Source: Patellaria atrata CBS 101060 | Taxonomy: Eukaryota | Direction: 5' to 3' | Assembly (NCBI GenBank): GCA_010093705.1 | Contig: MU006114.1 | Coordinates: forward strand, 1-64,000 | DNA: 64,000 bases | Part shown: positions 48,601-59,607 of the stretch, piece after piece | How positions within the stretch are numbered: position 1 is the stretch's first letter | Layout: every line of letters begins with the position of its first letter | The notes under the pieces: model-generated | Database searches by the model: none | What the model was told of the DNA's origin: nothing | The model's input: only the letters and a program-made list of their open reading frames with translations | Position numbers and translations under genes: made by a program

Positions 48601-51600
48601 AATACGGATCATCGCGAATATTACTATCAAATGTTGATGGTATTGACTGCAAGTTGTCGAGAGTGGTTTTGGGAGAGACAAAGGGTGTTTCTCGATGAAG
48701 TTTTGAAGGTCCGACTGTAGAAAATACGGGTGGGCCAGTGGGAGTAGTCCATTGAGGAGGTTGAGTAGCGGTTGAAGTGGTATAGACATTAGAAGAAACA
48801 GGAGCGACGGGTTGAGGCCCTTGGATAGGAACATTCGGCTGAGTAACTACCAGAGGGGTTTGCGAGGAAGAGGTTGATCCTGTACGCTTGATCGCATCGA
48901 AGTTATTCGGATCAGAGGTGGAGACAGGGAATACCGTCTGCATCGGTGGTTGTATGCTGCTGACACTACTCGCAACACTTGGGTACCGGTTTAAGGTGGT
49001 CCCTATAGTCTTACCAACCTGATGAGACATCGCGGCTCCGGCAATGCCACCAGCTATTGCAGGGCCAACTAGCAATGCTGACGAATCTTGCTGCGGGATA
49101 GATGGTTTACGTTTCTTCTTACTTCCCCATCGCCATAGCCATTTACTCGTCCCAGAGTCGTTCGAAAGAAGCGATTCCTGACTCTTCCGTGCTTTACCTT
49201 TAGCATCGAAGTATCCATAAGTCAAGCCATCGTCTATGCCGTCAGAAGAGTTTGAGTCATCCAAGGCATCCTCCCACTCGTCTTCAAAATCAGATGATGA
49301 TCCGTGCCTTGGCTTATGACTTGGGTAGGTTCGATCATGGTGAGGTCTGTTCTTCGATTCACGTACAGCTACAACCTCAGGTTTATATTTAGCTGGCTTA
49401 TTTTTATACCGGTTACCAGCAGCAAGTGCGGCGGCAGTACCTCCCAAAGCGAGGAGCGTATCATTGATCTTCTCGTCTGAACTCTTGCGTTTTGGTTTGC
49501 TCATTGATTCGCTTGAACCCTTGCGTTTCGGTTTAGACTTTGCTTTAGTCATCCCAAACCCATAAGCGAGTCCTTCCGAGGATGAGGAGGAAGAATTTCC
49601 GAAATTGAAGAAGCCCTTCTTTTTCTTAGACTGAACCTTGTGCTGCTTTTTGGTAGACGGGCTTGAGAAAAACCCACCAAATATACCGGTACTTTCAGCT
49701 AGTCCAGATGTTCGAGAGATATCAATATAGGAGGAATTTACTGATGATCGTCCGGAACTCCTGTGAGACTTAGAGCTACGAAAAGACTTCGAATCCGAGT
49801 ATCTGCCAGCGCCGTATCTGTCCTCATCACTACTAGATCGTCGTCGTCGCACATGTTTACCCCGAGGAGAGCTAGGCCGACTTTGAGATCGATTACGGTA
49901 TGCCGAGCTAGCGAGAGCAGCTGCTCCTAGTGCACCAGCAGTGGCAAATGCAGCACTTTTACGATCGTGGGAATGCGATCTCGAGCGCGATCGTGATCGA
50001 CGCCGAATGATTTTATAATCTTTGCCACTCGAAGTCCCTCCAGGCGATTTTCGATCCCTTGAGCGACTCCTGTGACGAACCACTCCACGGGAGGTATGAC
50101 TCTTTCGGTCCGATGATCGGCTTCTGCTACGGTGACGGTCAATGGAGCTACGGTTTCTATATTCACGGCCGGACCTGATACTATATGTATCGTCAAAATC
50201 TTTGTTCGAGTTGAAAATGGCCTGTCCAACTTTCGCTAAACCAATTCCAGCGACGCCAGAAGCGAGATTAGTTTTGCTACTACTCTTTCGTCTATCGGTA
50301 TCGGAGAGATAGTGTTGCTTCTCAAAACGTCCAGCCTTGAACTCACTGGAGTTTTTCTTCTCAATACGGCCGGTTTTGAACTCAGTAGATCGTCTCTTCA
50401 TTGCACCGTGATAATGATGTTTTCGAGGGGCGTCCGCTAGAGATGTACGAGAGTCGAAGCAATCTTTGCAAACACCGATATACTCAGTGTACTCTTCCAT
50501 TTTTCTAACGTCCTCATAGTCCTTCCACCAATCAACGAATTTGCTGACAGGACCCCGATGTTGGTGTCTCATGGCGGTCATGCCTGAGGCAAACTGCATC
50601 GAAGCACCTCCAACGTGACCCGAGGGACCAGAAAATGAATGATGATTGCTGTGATTGTGACTGTGGTTGTGATGCATTCCATATGCCGCTAACCCCGCTG
50701 CCCCTGCTGCGTATAATGGGAGGTTAGAGGAATCAGACTTACCTGGTCTTGGGGGCTTTTGGGGTGGGGAGCATGGGAATGCACCGGGTAGGGAGGAAAC
50801 ATGAGGATGGTCTAGTGGTGGTGCAGACATAGTAGAATGGCCCTGAATATGTGGTAAAGGAGCAGTTGAGACATGTGGGTATGGACCAGAATTTTGGGAG
50901 TCGACAACTGCTGTGGTGTGAGTTTGGCTATTGGATGATCCGTGGTCCAACGCAAAGCCTAAAGCGGCACCTCCTGCAATCGCGGCGGCACTAGGTAATT
51001 TGTTTGGTTTGTGTTCAGAAGGCCTTGGAGGTCGGATTGGTGCGGCGTCCTCTTCTGCAAACGCACCGGGCATGTTTTGTTCCGGTCGAGGAGGCTTCAG
51101 AGGACTAGGTTCCTCTGTGATTGCACCAGGGAAGATCTGCTGTGGCTGTACCGCTTGGCCACTTGCACTGTTCGATGGAAATGTTGGATGAGAATCGCCA
51201 GTTCCATAATAGTCAGCTGCGGAGCCACTACCAGTCTCTTGGGGCGGCTTATAATCTAGCGAGGCCGACATTAAATGAGGATCCGCATTATGGATAATGA
51301 CCGGTGTTGATGGTCTTACTCCTGGCTGGGCTAGCACGGATTGGCCTTGATCACCATAGTAATCTGCTGCGGCACCATAATTGTGAGCTGCAGCACCGGA
51401 CGCAGTTCCAGGAGCTTGATAAGCTGCAGTGTACTCGGTAGGATTTTGACCAGGGAACTGGTTAGAGACAAGCGAAGACATCTGAGTATGAGTATTGGAG
51501 TTAGGGGGTGGACCTGATGATGTAGGAGCACCGAATTGCCCGGGAAACTGGGTAAAGCCCGCCGCTGCGCTTATGGGAGTAGTAACATCGCCTGCTCGAG

Positions 51601-52060
51601 ATAGTACTTCGCTCCTATTTTTCTCACGCTCTTTCGTGCTCTTTCTACTGGGCCTTTCAGGCCTTTCATATTTATCCTTGCTCTTACTATCTCGGTCTCT
51701 ACTACGAGACCGATCTTTACGATCGCGTTTGCGATCACGGCTGGATGAACGATCCCTCCTTCGTTCGCCTTCACGCTCACTGAATCGACGGCCGTCGTCG
51801 TATGCACCACCCGACTGTGATTGTGCATCTTCGTACCTACTGAATTCAGAGGGTCTAGTGGCCGCCGTCGCGTACGAGGAAGCTACGGAACTCGGGGTGG
51901 GGTATGAGTTTCGTGATGTCGAATATGTTGAGCGTTCCTCGGTCCGGGCCGGATTTCGACTCGACGCAGAGGATACAATCGATTCGGCGCGCCGACGCGA
52001 TGAAGCCTCGCTCTTCTTCCGGCCATCCTTATCCTCCTTCTTACTCGGCCTAACCCACAT
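24693..52060 (-). CDS. lah: Leashin, Woronin body tether (often annotated involucrin repeat protein), ~9,000 aa; introns 26310-26378 and 25295-25348, possible intron 44188-44301, assembly gap 41571-41670
   Basis: N-terminal block GPVSKFVDWWKDYEDVRKMEEYTEYIGVC; very long Glu/Pro-rich acidic middle with repeated KKGKKGKK motifs; C-terminal coiled coil from PTRPPSVRKRQSMQILDLE to FTRYLFGMDREQRQ and VKIVLFPLVVKKGDD. The frame is open up to both gap edges and both flanks encode (AQEQET)n. Confidence 0.93.
41528..41713 (-). repeat. 18-bp coding tandem repeat (AQEQET)n spanning a 100-N assembly gap
   Basis: cttgagcagtctcttgtt units lie on both sides of N 41571-41670. Confidence 0.95.
44720..45110 (-). 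repeat. Four ~31-33-aa charged repeats in leashin
   Basis: Approximate unit DDYE(D/E)RK(R/K)HKHRRREGERDDDTRS(I/V)xSExxY, four copies. Confidence 0.85.
48070..48370 (-). repeat. Five 20-aa (60-bp) E/R-rich repeats in leashin
   Basis: NRRLEEEARLVDRRRREEED, NRRRVEEFRLTERRRREEED, ARRQAEEARVAENRRRQEEE, ARRRAEELRIADLHRRDEEE, ARVRAEEARLAERRRQEEED. Confidence 0.88.
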
Positions 52061-52885
52061 AATTGCGGGCTCGATAATTATTTGATGCTAGATTAATTGT
52101 GCCTCGCAATTTCAATGGTCGCGTTCGTTGTTGATGCCAATAGTAGGGTAATGGAAAATGCGATGGCTGTTGTGCGCAGGAAATGGGTATCTTCAGCAAA
52201 CTCGTAAGGTGTCGTTAAACGTCGTCATATGATACAAGTCAGATGCAGCAAAGTGACAAATAAATGAAATGATGAGCTGGCGTCGTAAACACAACAGTTG
52301 TGGCACGATGATAGCGATAAGATGAGGAGATGCAGTGAGCGAAGAGAGTTGATGTTGTGCTTTGAGCTGCTCACCCACTTTCGGTCTAGCAAACTTCAGC
52401 TCGAATGGTTCTCTTAGCGCGGGTGTTTACGCCACTCACCCTTGCCCTTTCGTCCAAGCGCAAGAAACAAGCCTCGGGCACGTGAAGTGATCCCGAAGAC
52501 CCTTGCAAATAGCTAGTTCCTACTATAGATGGGATGAAAGCGAGACTTCAGTTCGTGGTGTAGTTATGTGTGTAAGGTAAGTATAGATAGCATAGTATGA
52601 CGAGATTCGTCTTATACGCAAAGGGACGACAAGATACGTCAATAGCACAAACGGTTCTATGGCGCTTAGCCTAACATATGATACCGGACAGGTGAGATTA
52701 TAACTAATGCAGAGAAGATTCAATTGTTTGTTCAGTACAGTATGTCCCCCCTTCCCCAAAGCCAGGCTCAATTTTCCAGATCCATATGGGTTACATTTCG
52801 CTCCATGCAGATGTAAAGATTAGCACGATTCACTCAATATGCCCCCCAACGCCCGCTCAGAATATTCTCATCCTCGTCCTCCCAT

Positions 52886-53835
52886 TCATCGCTGTCCATA
52901 TTGCATCATGAATTGCTGTCTCAACGCCATGATCTGATTCCGCTCATTTGGAGCCAATCCATCTATCTGCTGCTGCGACAAACTAAGCACTGATCGAATC
53001 AAATCTTCCTGGCCCATCGGCGCGGCGGCTGGGGGAGGGGCTGGCGTGGGCTGGTACGGTGCCTGCACGGGTGGAGTCGGAGCATGCATCTGGTGTGGGA
53101 CTTGAGGATATAAAGGCTTCTGCATGACTGGGAGTTGAGGTTGTGGCGGTGGGGGAACTGGAACGGCATGCGCTGCTGGCGGTTGCTCGACTATTGAAGT
53201 GAGGATGCTTGTATCCACAAGGCCAAGTAGCAATAGGGCTTGAAATATCGCGTAAGATAATTGCGGCGCTTGCTTCAATAGCTCCGTAGCTTTCACTGGA
53301 TCCGAACTAACCAAACCTTTCATTTGTGATAGTATGTCCAGTAACTGTGGTGGTGATAGTGTACTCAAGGTTCTAGAGATCGCATCCGGACAATCAAGGT
53401 CCGGGGGCAGATCAGCACCAGGAGGTAGAGGAGGAAGTGTGCTAGATTGCATGGACTGCTGAGTCTCCTGTCCATTTATGGCTTGTGAGGTATAGCCGGC
53501 AGGAGCAGCATCCGATGATCCGCCATCGTTCGAGTAATCCACCCTCAAGTTCCGTCCCATAAGTTCATGATCATTGAGATTACGCACTGCGGAAGCTGCG
53601 GCATCGGCGTCTGCGTATTCTGCGAAACCGAATCCTTTGGGTCTACCTGTCTCTTTGTCATAGACCAAGCGAAAGCTAACCACCTGCCCAACCCTACTCA
53701 AGTGGTCGATGATAGTTTCTTCGGTAACACCTGGCGATGCTGTAAGTGAAGGTCGCTAATGCATTACATCCAGGATTTACCATATGGGATATTCCCAACG
53801 AACACTGCGCGACCGCCTCCTTTCGAACCTGACAT
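52886..53835 (-). CDS. rna15: Cleavage stimulation factor CstF-64 / Rna15; intron 53731-53780
   Basis: RRM (VFVGNIPY, FRLVYDKETGRPKGFGFAEY), hinge (LLKQAPQLSYAIFQALL), C-terminal VLSLSQQQIDGLAPNERNQIMALRQQ. Confidence 0.96.
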
Positions 53836-54534
53836 AGTGAAGACCGTTGCGTTGCGTATTAGCGTGAGCGTGAGCGAAGGTGAGCGGGGGTGAATGAGTG
53901 TTCAAGTCCGAAGAATACACCTTTACCATGGATCTTAGGTATTAACGCATAGCTTAATGAGTTGTACAATTGCAAGAGTCACTTGTGAGTTGAATTTCTT
54001 TGTGATGAACGTGGGCAAGTCACAAGCCCGTGGACATTTCTGTGAACAAGCTATGTCGAAGATTTGATAAGTGTACAAAATCGCCAAGCCCGGCGTACTT
54101 TATCTCCGACCCGCGGTGAGACAATTCTCGGTTGGTCTGTGCTTCACTGACTGATATCAGAAGTATGGACGGTGGGACAGATTAACGTCACTTCGCATTA
54201 GGATCTGTGTGTCGGGATCTGCAGGATTCTTAGGATGCGGGGATCTAAATGATTTCGTGGGTGAGTGGGGGTGGTGCGATGGTTCAGGTTTTGTGCAATC
54301 TGTGGGGATTGTAAAAGTACTTGTTGACAGAGCACACGATTGTATACTGATTGCATGTAGTGAAGTGACATGGAAAATGAATTTGAACTATTTTGAAATA
54401 TGTAAATTTGCTTGAAAACCTCAACCATCCGTTAGAAATCAAAAACTGCGAAAGACCACTTCCCATGCGCCTGGTATGATTTGGTATAAACAGTTCATCA
54501 ACCACACAGTTACTCCGCCATGTGCAACCAACAC

Positions 54535-56781
54535 TTATAGTTTTGACTTTGTAGAACAGCAAGAAATATCCCCATTGCCAGTTACCGTAGCGGCCATCAG
54601 CGGTTGTTGATGTTGTGCTGATTGAGATAGCAGATTGCTCTTGTTGAAATGTTGTTCTGACGGGGGGACGTCCAGCGCTGGATTCTTATCGAAGAAGTTG
54701 ACTGGCTTCATCATAACCTTCAAGATCTCGCATGGCATGACCGGGAAATCCTCCACACGCGGGACATGGTTAATACCAAACTGAACAAAGACCACGATAT
54801 CTTCATCCTTGACATTGTCCTTCCTGTCTGCCCACGACCTTACACCAGTACCACCCCGCGACTGATTGGTATATTTACCTCCTGCGTAGAGCTCATCGTC
54901 TCTATATTTGGTTACGTAGATATTGTGATCCGCAAACTCTGCTCGCTTGTAGTGATAGCTTTCCCGATCTGCGAGTATTTTCTGGAATGGCGGCGCCATA
55001 ATCTTATAAGCCACCGGTTTGCCATTGATCGGGTTGCGTACGTCAGCATTTTGAATTTTGAATAGGCGATTGCGGTCAAAGTCGAGATCGTAGCCACCGG
55101 ACTGTTCAACCACTGTTTCTTCAACGTAATATCCAGTCCCGTGGGGGTTAAAGTCCGACCTTGGCATAGGATATGCTTCATCATACACAACTCGGTTATG
55201 TTGTCCCTCAATCAATGGGTCTACACGTAGAGAAAAGATGTGTTGATGATGTACTGCCAAAACACCCGGATGTACAATCGTGCCGAAGGGCACCTCAACG
55301 CCGTCGTCAATCGGTTGAGTACTAAGGATACCAGTTGCGCGGACCTCGTACGTCAACTCACCAGCCTGGTTGAAGATGAAGGCCATGATGTATTCATAGT
55401 TCGAGACAGTGATGATTGACTGTAAGACAAGCTCTCGCGAGCGGACTACTGCGGCACGGCCAGTTCTATAATTAGTATGCTTCCAACCGATTCCAGCATC
55501 TTGTTCGTGGATACAGACTACGTTATCCATAGGAAGGATATCACCGGTATCACTTCCAAGGACTGCATCTAAGTAATATATCGATCCGAGACAGTCACAT
55601 CCCAATTTCAGGTTGTTAGCCATGATGCCTGCGCCAGCGTCGCCAAGATCAAATGCAGCTTTCTTGTGGTAAGGGTGACGGGGATCGGCATATGGAATGT
55701 TCATGTCGGAAAGGGATATCCGGTAAAAGAGACTTCTTCCTTCGTATTGCACATCGTACAAGACCATACCTTCTCGCTGGTTGAAGCCAACTCTGAAGTG
55801 CCATTTCTGCCAATCAAGAAGGGTAGACTGGCCCTCATGGGTTACGGTAAAGCTAGCACCTTGTGGCTGAGCAACATTCAATGGTTTGAGGTCTGTTCTT
55901 AAGTCTTGCGCTTCTGGGATGTACTCGTTTGGAGGTCTGATCTGATATGGTTGGGTTGGTTTGATGGTGTTGTCAGCACCTGTAGGTAGCAAGTCTACCC
56001 GAATGACCGACATCGTTTCTGTGCAGACAACCGGAGAAATGGCAAGCGGAAGCGCGTAATGATTGGAATCCTCTTCTGTCGGGTTTGCGGGATCCCGGAG
56101 GTACAGGAAACATTGGTACATGCGGTCATCGTCATTAATGCCGTCAGAACCTTGGCAAAGCGTCAGTGAGAGAAACCTCAGATGATATCAATTTTGTACA
56201 ACGGTACAGAGTAAAGAAATTCTTACCGTATATCCATGGGTCGCAGATGATAACAGTACCCTCAGGTAACTGAAGCTTTGCGATTTCTGCTTTTACTGCC
56301 TCATCTTCTAACGCAGTCTTTTCAATGATGAGGATCTCTTCGCCATCACCGTTTGCGTGAACGTTAGCCCCTAACCGAACATTTCGTTCGATTTGACCCG
56401 ACGAAAGATTCACAATAGCTTCGTGGAATTTATTCTAATGTTTCTATGTCAGTATATCGAATTCGACAATGTGATAGTGCACGTGCGCAGTATCAGCATA
56501 CATACCGTATTTCGAATGTAGTAGTTGAGAAAGACTTTTCTGGAGAGTGATGGCCTAGGTCTCCCGCTGTGCTCTGCTTCTAAGTAGGGGAGGACCTCGT
56601 TTTTGGGTGGCTCCTCAAGCGTGATAACCTTAAACTGTAGATTGGTATTCTGGGGCCAAGCGGATCGGATTATAGCTGCAGCGCCGGTAATCTCAGAGGC
56701 GGTCAACGGTTCCAGAGGGTGGGACGGAAGCTGCTTTTGCGGATAGGTAACAGGGGACGTTGCCATGCTTTCGGTAGACAT
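54535..56781 (-). CDS. Copper amine oxidase, peroxisomal; exons 56781-56506, 56434-56227, 56150-54535
   Basis: HPLEPL, AFDLGD, LKLGCDCLG, TPQ motif TVSNYEY, Cu ligands HQH and GINH, PRVEDFPVMP, C-terminal SKL (PTS1). Confidence 0.96.
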
Positions 56782-58376
56782 GATTGGAGTTTGGGTGTGA
56801 GGGGGGAAGTGTGAGATAGTAGGTAAAAGGTCTCGAAGAACGTTAGGGGGGGGGATGGTGGGAGGAGAAGTCAAGAGTCGGAGACAAGCAAAAGCCCAAT
56901 GGAGCGAAATAGCTGAGAAGGAAAGTTCAACCCAGTTTGCTTTATTATACTTGCTGGTTTGCGCTCGTTTGCCATCCTGCCGTAACTGTAATGCCGATAA
57001 GAGATGTGGAGCCAAGGGGGAGAGTTGCTCCCGTGGCACGACAGCCATTGAGAGTCGGTCTAGTTCTATCAAGGATTTGCTTTGTTGAGAGAAAACGGGA
57101 CCATTGGCCTTCCGAGGCTGCATTGTCGCATCGTTCTGCAAAGCCAAGTCGCCTTCTGACTGCTGCGTGTACGTACTTGTTGGCCTGGGTCTCGATCCTC
57201 GATGCTCTAACCCCCCCGGTATGACGCCGTATCATACATCAGATTTGGATACGATCGTGGGTGTTGGTGAGTTCTGGTAGGTGTAATTGAGTCACTGGCG
57301 CTTCTACATGCCTCTTACAGCTTACAGCGGTGGCGAGAAAGCCGTCCGTTTTGAGAGTGAAAGCGTTCCATTATCAAATTGCCATCATAACCGGCCTATG
57401 TGGAGACGCACTTGAGTGAGAAGGTCACAGAAAACAAAAAAAGGTACGAAAGACTGATTGAATCATGGGAACGTCCTTACATCTTCCAACCGTTAGGTTG
57501 AATTATACCGTATCTACCCCTCTTCCTCCCCAATATTGTGCAGTAGTAGTGACGGCTGTAACGCCCACGCTATACCAACGCTTTTTTTTCTCTTCTCCAC
57601 GGCTTCGTACGTGCGGTCGGTGCGTTCTTTTGGTGCGGTTCGTGTCGATTTCGATTTACGCCAAACCCCTTTAGGCATCTGTATGCGATCGCCGCAAACA
57701 GCCATCCGACTTCTCGTCAAGCTCACCAGTAATACAGTATCCTTTTCTTCATATACCACGTTTCCCTTCATACGGCCGCACACATCATGCAGAATGCCTA
57801 ATCACGATCGCCAGGTCAGTAGAAAATAACGAGTTAAAATAAGTCGTACGACAGGAATTCAACATATCAGGACGAATCGATCGTCTTTTCTCCGTGTGGG
57901 GAACAATTCTCTGATTCGTTCAAGTATTCCTTTGAATCCTATTTCTACCTGACCATGAACCAGCACGTTCCTTTGCAACATCGAACATCGAAGAAAGGAA
58001 TAGATCATACATACACACAAATGCAAGCAAGCAGTGTGATGGAGTTACAAAAAGTTAAACCCAAAAGCTGACTCCACTGAAATCCGATAAGCAAGCCTCG
58101 TTCTCGCAAAGAGTTAGGTGTAATAAAGTAAGCTGGCAACGCAGAAAGATAAACAGCCTGTCAAGAAAGAGTCTAAGGGGTCCCACCGTTGCGCGAATGG
58201 CGTCAAGCCCACGGGCCAAAACGGTCCCCGTTCATCCGCGCACTGTCGATTAAACTTGTTACCCCGTACCATGTCTCGGTCGAAAATCTCGGTCATAGCT
58301 CTCAACCTTCTCGACGCCTCCTCAAGACTGTGGGGAAGATACTGACAAAGTGAATGCAGTAGCATGCGCCTATCCC

Positions 58377-58976
58377 TCATGACACAGCTTCGGCCCTGTG
58401 CACCCACACCCAGACGGGACTGAGTACCGTACCTCTCCTTTCTGTCCAGCCATGTTCTGATATACGCTTCCCGCTATCACCGTCGGTCCACTTGATAGTC
58501 ATGCCTCTTGCCCACTTGCCATCACCCTCCTCAAAAATCTCAGTCAGCGCCCATTCCTCATCCTTGCCATGTTTCCTCAACACTTCTTGGACATTTGCAT
58601 ACACCGGTGTGAGCCAAGCTTCGAAGTACATGGCCTGCCCTTCTTCTTGTGTCAATTCCCAGGGCACGGCGTTTCCAAAGAAAAGATGGAGCTTCGCAGT
58701 TGGGACGTCCATTGTATTGAAGCCAGGCCGAGCGCCACCATTTGCTGGTGCTGCAGATGTAGGAGGAGGAGGGACATATGGCGGTGGCGGGCCTGGTCCT
58801 AGCTGAGGCGGCAGAGATACCGGTTGAGCTGGTGGGCTCTGCCATCGCCAGTTAGGAGGGATAGGAGGGTAGCCGGAATAGTTATAGTATGCTGGGTTCC
58901 AGAACATGGGGATAGAGCCTTCAGGTGGAACGTATCCTACTCCTGCTCTCCAAGTGTGAGGGGGGATACCGGACAT
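58377..58976 (-). CDS. Hypothetical protein with a Pro-rich N-terminus and a Trp/Gly-patterned globular C-terminus
   Basis: Single-exon ATG ORF of 199 aa. WALTEIFEEGDGKWARG...GWTERRG...PVWVWV resembles an uncharacterised fungal domain pattern. Confidence 0.75.
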   Translation of the reverse strand: MSGIPPHTWRAGVGYVPPEGSIPMFWNPAYYNYSGYPPIPPNWRWQSPPAQPVSLPPQLGPGPPPPYVPPPPTSAAPANGGARPGFNTMDVPTAKLHLFFGNAVPWELTQEEGQAMYFEAWLTPVYANVQEVLRKHGKDEEWALTEIFEEGDGKWARGMTIKWTDGDSGKRISEHGWTERRGTVLSPVWVWVHRAEAVS

Positions 58977-59607
58977 ACGTTGTATTCAGATGTATTATGG
59001 TAGGGTATTGCAATCTTCGAATTAGACTGTTGGAAGAACTATTGTGATGTCCGGTTCAATGTAGTTGATGTCGTCCTTCGCAGAACGAGTAGTCTTAAAG
59101 ATTTAAAGTTTAACAGGCTTGTAGTGAGAGCAGGAAGTTGGCGTAATGCACGAAAGGAGCCAGAAAGAAAAGTGCAGATGAAGAATTCAAAATGAGCAGA
59201 GTAGAAGAACACATATATTGGAAAATCGATGCTCGGTGATTCGAACATGTTGGCACTATGTGTTTTGCTCGGAGTGCCAACACACAAAGACTTGAGGCTC
59301 AGTCCACAGCACCTGATGGTTCAAAGTACACGATTATCGATCAAGGAAGAAGCCTCTCCGAGAACAAAGGCTACCGATTCGTGGTTTTAATCTATGAGTT
59401 GTCATCAGTAGATGTGTCAGAAAGAGTTGCAGATGAGTTCTATAGAAACTTGCAAGAAGGGTTGACAACAAGACTCAACTTGACTGGAATCATGTTGAGA
59501 GACAAAATGACCGTTCAATCCTTTAACTTATGGTCAACATGACCGTAACTTGCTTTCTTAAGACAATCATCGAAAGGAGGTAAAATTACAACAGGACGCA
59601 TAAACAC

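Noticed and set aside
26455..52085. Many plus-strand ORFs antisense to leashin (S/F/G-rich)
   Set aside because: They are shadow ORFs produced by the biased codon content of the real gene.
54195..54310. Loose GGAT(C/T)-repeat patch between rna15 and the amine oxidase
   Set aside because: Irregular spacing, short motif, and no fold or function I can support.
52060..56781. Peroxisome gene cluster (leashin plus SKL-bearing amine oxidase)
   Set aside because: Only two genes, separated by rna15, with no hex1 or wsc nearby; probably chance.
56782..57147. N-terminal extension of the amine oxidase ORF
   Set aside because: The ORF track start is non-ATG, the sequence looks like promoter/5' UTR (C/T-rich tract), and family similarity starts near 56781.
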